Shown here piece after piece: positions 53,856 through 61,181 of a stretch of DNA of 64,000 nucleotides. The position numbers were made by a program, and so were the translations under genes. The DNA is taken from the NCBI RefSeq assembly GCF_011620715.1, contig NZ_WOYP01000084.1, positions 78,673 to 142,672 on the forward strand, read 5' to 3'. Positions within the stretch are counted from its first letter, which is position 1. The number at the start of each line of letters is the position of its first letter. The DNA is from Microbacterium sp. GTDB taxonomy: Bacteria > Actinomycetota > Actinomycetes > Actinomycetales > Microbacteriaceae. Below the pieces are notes generated by a model. The model worked only from the letters and a program-made list of their open reading frames with translations. It searched no databases and was not told the origin of the DNA.

Positions 53856-54119
53856 TCAGCGCGTGAACACCACGCACTCGACGGCGTCGTCGACCGACCA
53901 GAACTCACCGAGATCGTGGAACGCGCGGCTCGGCGCATGGAATCTGCGTGCCCGATACCGGATTTCGGAACCATTCCGCACCGCCTGCAGGTGACCGATC
54001 ACCCGGCCGACGCGATCGACGATCCGCCAGAGCAGCGGGCCCGCCGCGACGAGGCGGACGTTCGCCGCGCGCGTGGACGGGGGCAGTGCGCAGAGCGAAG
54101 TCTGCAGTGTGAGTGTCAT
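53856..54119 (-). CDS. Hypothetical 87-aa protein, probably DNA-damage inducible
   Basis: GC3-biased ORF with an AAGGGA RBS; the upstream region carries a PafBC-type promoter and a LexA-like box. Confidence 0.78.
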   Translation of the reverse strand: MTLTLQTSLCALPPSTRAANVRLVAAGPLLWRIVDRVGRVIGHLQAVRNGSEIRYRARRFHAPSRAFHDLGEFWSVDDAVECVVFTR

Positions 54120-54136
54120 GAGCGTTCCCTTCCGAT

Positions 54137-54161
54137 TCGAAGATAGGTTCTCCCCCCGACA
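54137..54161 (-). promoter_or_regulatory. PafBC-type promoter TGTCGG-N10-TATCTT overlapped by a LexA-like box (TCGAAG-ATAG-GTTCTC)
   Basis: The minus strand reads TGTCGG ggggagaacc TATCTT cga. Confidence 0.65.
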
Positions 54162-54341
54162 TTGCGGACGGGATCATCCACTCCTCCCCAGCTGCTCGCA
54201 CACTCGGGGTTTTCCGCAGAGCGGAGGAGAGGACCTGCCGCGGAGGCGCTGCGGAGCCAATCTGAGGGGGCGCCGGTGTCCGACGGGCACTCGGGCACCG
54301 GCGCGACCCCGGGGACCGTCCTCGGGCAGAGAGGATGCGAG

Positions 54342-54896
54342 ATGAATGACACGATCACGATCGTCGGCACCGTCGGCACAGACCCGGAGAAGAAGGTGCG
54401 CAACGGCGTGCCGATCACGACGTTCCGGGTGGCGAGCAAGGAGCGCCGCTTCGACCGCGCAACGGGAACGTGGGTCGACGGCGAGACCAACTGGTACACG
54501 GCCTCGGCCTACCGTCGGCTCGCTGAGCATGTGTTCGAGTCGGTGCACCGGCGCGAACGCGTGGTGCTGACCGGTCGGCTCCGCGTACGCAACTGGGATA
54601 CCGGAGAGAAGCGGGGCACATCCGTCGACATCGACATCGACGCGATCGGACACGACCTGCTCTTCGGGACGACGACCTTCCGATCCGATGACGCGGCCGC
54701 CATCAGCTCGTCGTCGGCGTCCACCGATTCCTGGGCACCGGGCGATGCTGCGGACGGCGGCTGGGCGAGCCCCGGCGTAGACCGCGGGGACGATGCCGGT
54801 GCTCATCAGGAAACGGCGACGAGCGGATGGCCGGACTCCACGACCGAACCCGAACCGCGGCCGCTCACTCTCGCGGGAGTGGAGGCGCCGTTCTGA
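54342..54896 (+). CDS. ssb: Single-stranded DNA-binding protein (probable secondary paralogue)
   Basis: TITIVGTVGTDPE, TFRVAS, TNWYT, VVLTGRLRVRNW and DAIGHDL OB fold; C-terminal ...EAPF. Confidence 0.88.
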   Translation: MNDTITIVGTVGTDPEKKVRNGVPITTFRVASKERRFDRATGTWVDGETNWYTASAYRRLAEHVFESVHRRERVVLTGRLRVRNWDTGEKRGTSVDIDIDAIGHDLLFGTTTFRSDDAAAISSSSASTDSWAPGDAADGGWASPGVDRGDDAGAHQETATSGWPDSTTEPEPRPLTLAGVEAPF

Positions 54897-54938
54897 AACG
54901 GCACGGCAGGCGCCCGGGGTGGCGCACTTTAGACTGGT

Positions 54939-55469
54939 ATGGTGTCCCGCCACTCTGAGCGCCGCCGCCCGGTCCCGATCGGGCTGCGCCTCGCCGGTAT
55001 CGGTATCGGTATCGGCCTCGCGCTCGCACTGACCGGCTGCACAGCGGCGCAAGTCGAGACCGGCGCGTCGCCGACCGCGAGCAGCGCTGTGACTCAGATT
55101 GCCACTGCGTCGCCGTCGCCGTCCGTGGCGACGGGGCCGGTGCTCGTGCCCGACGGCACGGCTCAGGACAATCTGCCCGTCTTCTCCGCGGTGGTGGCCG
55201 CGGTGTGGGAGACACCGCAGCAGGTCATCGGTCAGGCGTACGTCGACTCGCTGGTCGCTGCCGGATTCGACAAGGCAGCAATGCAGCTCACCCCCGACCA
55301 GAGCACCGTCGGCAATGCGGCCGAGAGCATCCAGTTCTCCGTGCGCTGGGGCGGCGAATGCCTCGTGGGACAGGTCGGACCCGCGACCGGGGCGCCCGTC
55401 ACGGCGGTCGTGCCGGTCATCGACGAAGACACGTGCCTGGTCGGCGATACTCGCGCGATCGACTGGTGA
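54939..55469 (+). CDS. Putative lipoprotein (DUF6993-like)
   Basis: ALTG-C lipobox, Ser/Pro linker, then AGFDKAAMQLT and FSVRWGGECLVGQ...CLVG. Confidence 0.78.
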   Translation: MVSRHSERRRPVPIGLRLAGIGIGIGLALALTGCTAAQVETGASPTASSAVTQIATASPSPSVATGPVLVPDGTAQDNLPVFSAVVAAVWETPQQVIGQAYVDSLVAAGFDKAAMQLTPDQSTVGNAAESIQFSVRWGGECLVGQVGPATGAPVTAVVPVIDEDTCLVGDTRAIDW

Positions 55470-55534
55470 GCCGCCCCGCGCCGGCGCCGGGACGGCGAAA
55501 GCCGCCGCCGGTCGGCCCGTAGACTGGTCGGGTT

Positions 55535-57217
55535 ATGGCTGAATACATCTATTCGATGGTCCGTGCCCGCAAAGCTGTCGGCGACAAGGTGATCCTCGAC
55601 GACGTCACGATGGCGTTCCTGCCTGGAGCGAAGATCGGCGTCGTCGGCCCCAACGGGGCGGGAAAGTCCACGATCCTCAAGATCATGGCGGGTATCGACA
55701 CCCCGAGCAACGGCGAGGCCAAGCTCAGCCCCGGCTACAGCGTCGGCATCCTGATGCAGGAGCCCGAGCTCGACGAAGACAAGACGGTGCTGGAGAACGT
55801 GCAGCAGGGTGTCGGTCCGATCATGCAGAAGCTCGATCGGTTCAACGAGATCTCCGGGTTGATGGCCGACCCGGATGCCGACTTCGACACGCTGCTGGCG
55901 GAGATGGGCACCCTGCAGGAAGCCATCGACGCCGCTGACGCATGGGATCTCGACTCCCAGCTCGAGCAGGCCATGGACGCACTGCGCACGCCGCCGTCCG
56001 AGGCCATCGTCAGCAACCTGTCCGGCGGCGAGAAGCGCCGCGTCGCCCTGTGCAAGCTGCTGCTGCAGAAGCCCGACCTGCTGCTGCTGGACGAGCCCAC
56101 CAACCACCTCGACGCCGAGAGCGTGCAGTGGCTGGAGCAGCACCTCGCGAAATACCCTGGCGCCGTGCTCGCCGTGACACACGACAGGTACTTTCTCGAC
56201 CACGTCGCGGAGTGGATCTGCGAGGTCGACCGCGGTCGGCTCTATCCGTATGAAGGCAACTACTCGACCTACCTCGAGAAGAAGCAGGAGCGGCTCCAGG
56301 TGCAGGGCAAGAAGGACGCGAAGCTCGCCAAGCGCTTGGCCGGCGAGCTCGAATGGGTGCGCAGCAACGCGAAGGGCCGCCAGACCAAGTCGAAGTCCCG
56401 TCTCGCACGCTACGAGGAGATGGCGGCCGAGGCCGACCGCACTCGCAAGTTGGACTTCGATGAGATCGTCATCCCGCCCGGGCCGCGCCTGGGCCAGGTG
56501 GTGCTCGAGGCGAAGAAGCTGCAGAAGGGCTTCGACGGCCGGAGCCTGATCGACGGCCTGAGCTTCAGCCTTCCTCGCAACGGCATCGTCGGCATCATCG
56601 GCCCGAACGGCGTAGGCAAGACCACGCTCTTCAAGACGATCGTCGGTCTCGAGCCACTCGACGGCGGCGAGCTGAAGGTCGGTGAGACGGTCGAGATCTC
56701 GTACGTCGACCAGAGCCGCGGCGGCATCGACCCCAACAAGTCGCTGTGGGAGGTCGTCAGCGACGGCCTGGACTGGATCCAGGTCGGCAAGGTCGAGATC
56801 CCCTCGCGCGCCTACGTCTCCCAGTTCGGGTTCAAGGGGCCCGACCAGCAGAAGAAGGCAGGAGTGCTCTCCGGCGGTGAGCGCAACCGGCTGAACCTCG
56901 CACTCACGCTCAAGCAGGGCGGCAACCTGCTCCTCCTCGACGAGCCGACCAACGACCTCGATGTCGAGACCCTCGGAAGCCTCGAGAACGCCCTGCTCGA
57001 ATTCCCCGGCTGCGCCGTGGTCATCACTCACGACAGGTGGTTCCTCGACCGCATCGCGACGCACATCCTCGCGTATGAAGGCACTGAAGAGGAGCCCGAC
57101 AAGTGGTACTGGTTCGAGGGCAATTTCGAGGCGTACGAGGAGAACAAGATCGAGCGTCTGGGCGCCGATGCTGCCAACCCGCACCGCTCGACGTATCGCA
57201 AGCTCACGCGCGACTGA
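55535..57217 (+). CDS. ettA: Energy-dependent translational throttle A (ABC-F)
   Basis: Two ABC domains (GPNGAGKST, LSGGEKRR, LDEPTNHLD; GPNGVGKTT, LSGGERNR) and the EttA-type N-terminus MAEYIYSM. Confidence 0.96.
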   Translation: MAEYIYSMVRARKAVGDKVILDDVTMAFLPGAKIGVVGPNGAGKSTILKIMAGIDTPSNGEAKLSPGYSVGILMQEPELDEDKTVLENVQQGVGPIMQKLDRFNEISGLMADPDADFDTLLAEMGTLQEAIDAADAWDLDSQLEQAMDALRTPPSEAIVSNLSGGEKRRVALCKLLLQKPDLLLLDEPTNHLDAESVQWLEQHLAKYPGAVLAVTHDRYFLDHVAEWICEVDRGRLYPYEGNYSTYLEKKQERLQVQGKKDAKLAKRLAGELEWVRSNAKGRQTKSKSRLARYEEMAAEADRTRKLDFDEIVIPPGPRLGQVVLEAKKLQKGFDGRSLIDGLSFSLPRNGIVGIIGPNGVGKTTLFKTIVGLEPLDGGELKVGETVEISYVDQSRGGIDPNKSLWEVVSDGLDWIQVGKVEIPSRAYVSQFGFKGPDQQKKAGVLSGGERNRLNLALTLKQGGNLLLLDEPTNDLDVETLGSLENALLEFPGCAVVITHDRWFLDRIATHILAYEGTEEEPDKWYWFEGNFEAYEENKIERLGADAANPHRSTYRKLTRD

Positions 57218-57251
57218 CCGGCCGTGCGACTCAGCGACTGAACGGAGCGCC

Positions 57252-57734
57252 ATGCGGCTTCACATCCCCATCCACCTCCGCTGGGGGGATCTCGACGCGT
57301 TCAACCATGTCAACAACACGGCGATGCTCCAGCTGCTCGAGGAGGCACGCGTGCGCGCGTTCCGGCAGCCGCTCCCCGGCGAGCACGCCCCCACGACCGC
57401 GGTCATGGATTCGAGCCAGGGCAGCGGCATCCTGAGCCTGATCGCCCGGCAGGAGGTCGAGTACCTCGCCCCTGTGCCGTACCAGCGGTTCCCGCTCGAT
57501 GTGCAGCTGTGGTTCGGGGCGCTCGGCGGCTCCAGCATGGAGGTCTGCTACGAGGTGTGCGGACCGCGCCAGACCGCTGACCAGGTCGGCTCCCAGGTGG
57601 TCTACGCCCGAGCGACCACGGTGAGCGTTAAGGTGGATGCCGCGACCGGCCGCCCGATGCGGCTGTCCGCCGAGGAGCGCGCGGCGTGGGAGCCCTACCT
57701 GGGCGAGCCCCTGATCTACACGCACCGGCGCTAG
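57252..57734 (+). CDS. 4HBT-like acyl-CoA thioesterase
   Basis: LRWGDLDAFNHVNN hotdog motif. Confidence 0.88.
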   Translation: MRLHIPIHLRWGDLDAFNHVNNTAMLQLLEEARVRAFRQPLPGEHAPTTAVMDSSQGSGILSLIARQEVEYLAPVPYQRFPLDVQLWFGALGGSSMEVCYEVCGPRQTADQVGSQVVYARATTVSVKVDAATGRPMRLSAEERAAWEPYLGEPLIYTHRR

Positions 57735-57740
57735 CCCGGG

Positions 57741-58673
57741 CTACGTGGCCTTCGCCACCGGCAGACGCACCGTGATCTCCTGTGAGACCGAGGCGAGCAG
57801 CCGGCCGTCGCGGGCATAGATGCGCCCCGTCGACAGTCCGCGGCCGCCGCGCGCGCTCGGAGACTCCTGCACGTAGAGCATCCACTCATCGACCCGCCCG
57901 AATCGGTGCCACCACATGCCGTGGTCGAGGCTCGCGACTTTGAGGCCGCGAGTCGCCCATCCGACGCCGTGGGCGCGCAGCACCGACTCCTGGATCGTCA
58001 GGTCGCTCATATACGCCAGCGCCGCACGGTGCATCCGCGGATCGTCGGGGAGGGCACGCCGTGTGCGCATCCACACGGCCTGCCGCGGCATCCGCTCACC
58101 GTCGACGGTGAGATAGATCGGCGAAGGGATGTGGCGCAGGTCGACCGGGCGATCGGTGAAGAAGCGCTTGGTCAGCGGGTGCACGCCCTTGAGGTGATCT
58201 TCGACGTCGGGCAGGTCATCCGGCTCGGGAACACCGTCGGGCATCGCCTCCTGGTGTTCGAGACCCGGTTCCTCGTCTTGGAAGGAGGCGATCATCGAGA
58301 AGATCGGTACGCCCTGCTGATACGCCTGGGTGCGGCGGGTGGAGAACGAGCGGCCGTCGTGGATCCGGTCGACAGCGAAGGTGATCCCCTGGGTCGAATC
58401 TCCCGGGCGGAGGAAGTACCCGTGCATCGAGTGCACCGTGCGCGCATCGGGCAGAGTGCGCGCCGCCGCGATCAGCGACTGCGCGAGCACCTGGCCGCCG
58501 TACACGCGGCCGAGCGGCATCCATTGAGAGACGCCGGTGAAGATGTCTTCGTTGGTACGCGCCGCGGAGTCCGAGAGCTCGAGCACCGCCAGCAGCGACG
58601 CGATCGGGTCTTCAGAGGCTTCGTCGCCACCGGTGCGCGGGCCGTCGAGATCGTTCACGGCGTCTCCTGTCAT
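57741..58673 (-). CDS. tesB: Acyl-CoA thioesterase II
   Basis: RVYGGQVLAQ, HSMHGYFLRPGD, DGRSFSTRR, YMSD and ASLDHGMWWHR. Confidence 0.93.
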   Translation of the reverse strand: MTGDAVNDLDGPRTGGDEASEDPIASLLAVLELSDSAARTNEDIFTGVSQWMPLGRVYGGQVLAQSLIAAARTLPDARTVHSMHGYFLRPGDSTQGITFAVDRIHDGRSFSTRRTQAYQQGVPIFSMIASFQDEEPGLEHQEAMPDGVPEPDDLPDVEDHLKGVHPLTKRFFTDRPVDLRHIPSPIYLTVDGERMPRQAVWMRTRRALPDDPRMHRAALAYMSDLTIQESVLRAHGVGWATRGLKVASLDHGMWWHRFGRVDEWMLYVQESPSARGGRGLSTGRIYARDGRLLASVSQEITVRLPVAKAT

Positions 58674-58718
58674 CCGTCGGCGCCTACCGCTGTGCCGGTA
58701 CTTGGTAGTTTAGGCGGG

Positions 58719-59396
58719 ATGTCAGAGCGCCTTCTCTTCGTCGACAGCGACTCGGCCGCCGATGCGCTCACGTTCGCCGGCCGCGCCGCGCGGCTCACTG
58801 AAGACGCCGTGCGCCTGCAGGCGGCGGGGGGCGTGCTCGCGATGTCGACGCCGTCGCTGGTGCCGCGTGGGCTTCTCGATGAGACGCCCACGATCCTCGG
58901 CATGCGCACGCTCGCGGTGGACCCCGAGCTCGTGTGCGACATCGTCGTGCGCGCGGGGGAGCTCGCTCGGGATGCCTCGAACCCCGCCGCGATCCTGCTG
59001 CCGCCGATCGGGCTCACGGCGGCGTGGGCGGGCGTTTCGGCACCGCGTGGGGCGTGGATGCCGCGGGCCGAGCTTGCCGCGTCGGTGCTCGCCGCGCGCG
59101 CCCGGTGGGGGATTGCTGCGGTAGCTGAGGCCGTGCCCCGAGACGCGGGCGAAGAGGTGGTGCGCGCCGTGCGCGGCGATATCTGGGGCCGGCCGGACGA
59201 TGAGCTGGCGGGGGTGCCGCTGGGTGTCGCCTTCACCGCCGTCACCCTGGGCTTCATCGCAGGCGAAGAGGTCGCCGCGGTGCGCACGAACGGACCGTGG
59301 ACCCGGGTCTCGCTGGCCCGCGGGGATGTGCTCACGCGTCGGCAGACCGGCGTCGGGCTGACGCCGGTGCGCGCGACCGGACGCCCCCAGGGCTGA
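58719..59396 (+). CDS. Conserved actinobacterial hypothetical protein
   Basis: GC3-biased ORF with a leaderless TAGTTT-N7-ATG; conserved position between tesB and the globin. Confidence 0.8.
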   Translation: MSERLLFVDSDSAADALTFAGRAARLTEDAVRLQAAGGVLAMSTPSLVPRGLLDETPTILGMRTLAVDPELVCDIVVRAGELARDASNPAAILLPPIGLTAAWAGVSAPRGAWMPRAELAASVLAARARWGIAAVAEAVPRDAGEEVVRAVRGDIWGRPDDELAGVPLGVAFTAVTLGFIAGEEVAAVRTNGPWTRVSLARGDVLTRRQTGVGLTPVRATGRPQG

Positions 59397-59413
59397 ACGG
59401 CCACCGGGCGGGT

Positions 59414-59461
59414 GACCGCTTCCGTGGCGGCGACGAGCGCTGCCAGTCCCCAACCGATGAC
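59414..59461 (-). pseudogene. Possible remnant of an FAD-binding dehydrogenase N-terminus
   Basis: Intergenic minus-strand codons read VIGWGLAALVAATEAV, resembling a GxGxxG dinucleotide-binding start. Confidence 0.35.
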
Positions 59462-59528
59462 GGGACAGCCGTGGATTCCGCGGTCGGCGGTGCGGAAAAG
59501 GCTACCCTTCGTCGGCATCCTCCGGCGA

Positions 59529-60008
59529 TCAGTGCGGGGCGGACGGCGGCGGAACGGCGTTCGGAGGAGGACTCGACGATACCGGGAGGGATGCCGCTCC
59601 GCGCCCGTCCGCGGACGGGCCGATACCGGAGGGCTCGAACGTGTTCACCATCGCGAACGCGGCGCGCTGCAGGTAGTCCCACAGCGTCGCCTCGTGCAGC
59701 GGCGGGAGTTCGAGCTCGTCCACCGCGGTGCGCATGTGGGCGAGCCAGCGGTCACGGGCGTCGGGGTCCACATGAAACCCCGCGTGCCGCATCCGCAGGC
59801 GCGGGTGTCCGCGCTGCTGGCTGTAGGTGCCCGGGCCTCCCCAGTACTGCTCGAGAAACAGTGTGAGGCGCTCCTTGGCCGGGGCGAGATCCGCTTCCGG
59901 GTACATCGGCCGCAGCACCTCGTCGTCCGCGACTCCACGGTAGAAAGCGTCGACGAGGCGGACGAACGTCTCGTGACCGCCTACCTCGTCGTAGAAGGGG
60001 ATGCTCAT
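59529..60008 (-). CDS. glbO: Group II truncated haemoglobin
   Basis: FYDEVGG, FLEQYWGGP..YS..RGHPRLRMRH and RDRWL.HM. Confidence 0.93.
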   Translation of the reverse strand: MSIPFYDEVGGHETFVRLVDAFYRGVADDEVLRPMYPEADLAPAKERLTLFLEQYWGGPGTYSQQRGHPRLRMRHAGFHVDPDARDRWLAHMRTAVDELELPPLHEATLWDYLQRAAFAMVNTFEPSGIGPSADGRGAASLPVSSSPPPNAVPPPSAPH

Positions 60009-61078
60009 GCCGACCCCTCGGGCGTCTCGGGCGGGCTCTGCGGGGTCTTCTTCGGCCGCCACACGGGGCGCTCGGGCGGCGGGGGAGGCTGGGTGACCGT
60101 CGTGGGCTTCGTCTTGGGCGGGTTGGCGCCGCGCACCCGCTGGGCGCCCTCCAGCCCGCTGAGCACGATCGAGTTGAGCTGGGGGAGCTCCAGACCCAGC
60201 ACGTTCACGGCGTTCAGGACGCGCATGCGCAGTTCGCGTCCGACGTCGTCCTTGGCGTTGGCGCGCGTCTTCATGACGAGCCGGATGACCAGTGCATCGC
60301 CGGAGACCGACTCGAGACCCCACACCTCGGGCTTGTCGATGATCCGGGTGCGCCACTTCGGGTCCTTCGCGAGGTCATTCATGGTCTCGAGCATGGCGTT
60401 CTCGACGACACCGATGTCGGTATCCACGGGGAGGGCCAGATCCACGATCACCCGCGACCATCCCATCGACATGTTGCCGATTCGGGTGATCTCGCCGTTG
60501 CGGACGTACCAGAGCGTGCCGTTGACGTCACGGACGGTCGTGATGCGCACGCTCACATACTCGACGATTCCGGTCGCCAGTCCCAGGTCGACCACGTCTC
60601 CGATCCCGACCTGATCCTCGGCGACGATGAAGATGCCGTTCAGGACATCCTTGACGATGTTCTGCGCGCCGAATCCGAGGCCGGCGCCGATCGCCGCGGT
60701 GAGCAGAGTCAGTGAGGCCAGTGCGCTCGGCGCCAGCAGATTGACGACGAGCAGCAGCGCGATGATCACGATCGACACGTTGACGATGTTCTGCAGGATC
60801 GAGCCCAGCGTCCGGGTCCGCTGCACGAGGCGGATCGACGCGAGCGGCGAGCGTTCCAGCGCCTGGGTGTCGTCGACGTTGGCCTTGTTCTTCGCGCCGT
60901 TGACGATGCGCTTGACGACCCGCCGAATGACGATCTTCAGGATCCAGGCCAGCAGGAACGCGCCGAGCACGATCCCGGCGGCGCTCGCCACCATGAGTCC
61001 GATATCGCCGAGGACGTTCAGGAACTGCTCCCACAGCGTCGGAGCCGGAGCGGCGTTTTCGAGGATGAGGCTGTCCAT
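60005..61078 (-). CDS. Small-conductance mechanosensitive channel (MscS family)
   Basis: GLGFGAQNIVKD, DQVGIGDVV, GIVE.VSVRIT and WYVRNGEI. Confidence 0.92.
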   Translation of the reverse strand: MDSLILENAAPAPTLWEQFLNVLGDIGLMVASAAGIVLGAFLLAWILKIVIRRVVKRIVNGAKNKANVDDTQALERSPLASIRLVQRTRTLGSILQNIVNVSIVIIALLLVVNLLAPSALASLTLLTAAIGAGLGFGAQNIVKDVLNGIFIVAEDQVGIGDVVDLGLATGIVEYVSVRITTVRDVNGTLWYVRNGEITRIGNMSMGWSRVIVDLALPVDTDIGVVENAMLETMNDLAKDPKWRTRIIDKPEVWGLESVSGDALVIRLVMKTRANAKDDVGRELRMRVLNAVNVLGLELPQLNSIVLSGLEGAQRVRGANPPKTKPTTVTQPPPPPERPVWRPKKTPQSPPETPEGSA

Positions 61079-61132
61079 CGGATCGATCCTAGTTGCGCCG
61101 CCCGCTGCGAGAGCTGTGTGCGAGATGGGATG

Positions 61133-61173
61133 CGGATGCCCCGGTCACAGCGAGACGCGGTCCGGGGCATCCG
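61133..61173. terminator. Hairpin just downstream of pepN built from the GGATGCC motif
   Basis: CGGATGCCCCGG (61133-61144) and CCGGGGCATCCG (61162-61173) form a 12-bp inverted repeat. Confidence 0.55.
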
Positions 61174-61181
61174 ATCGGCGA

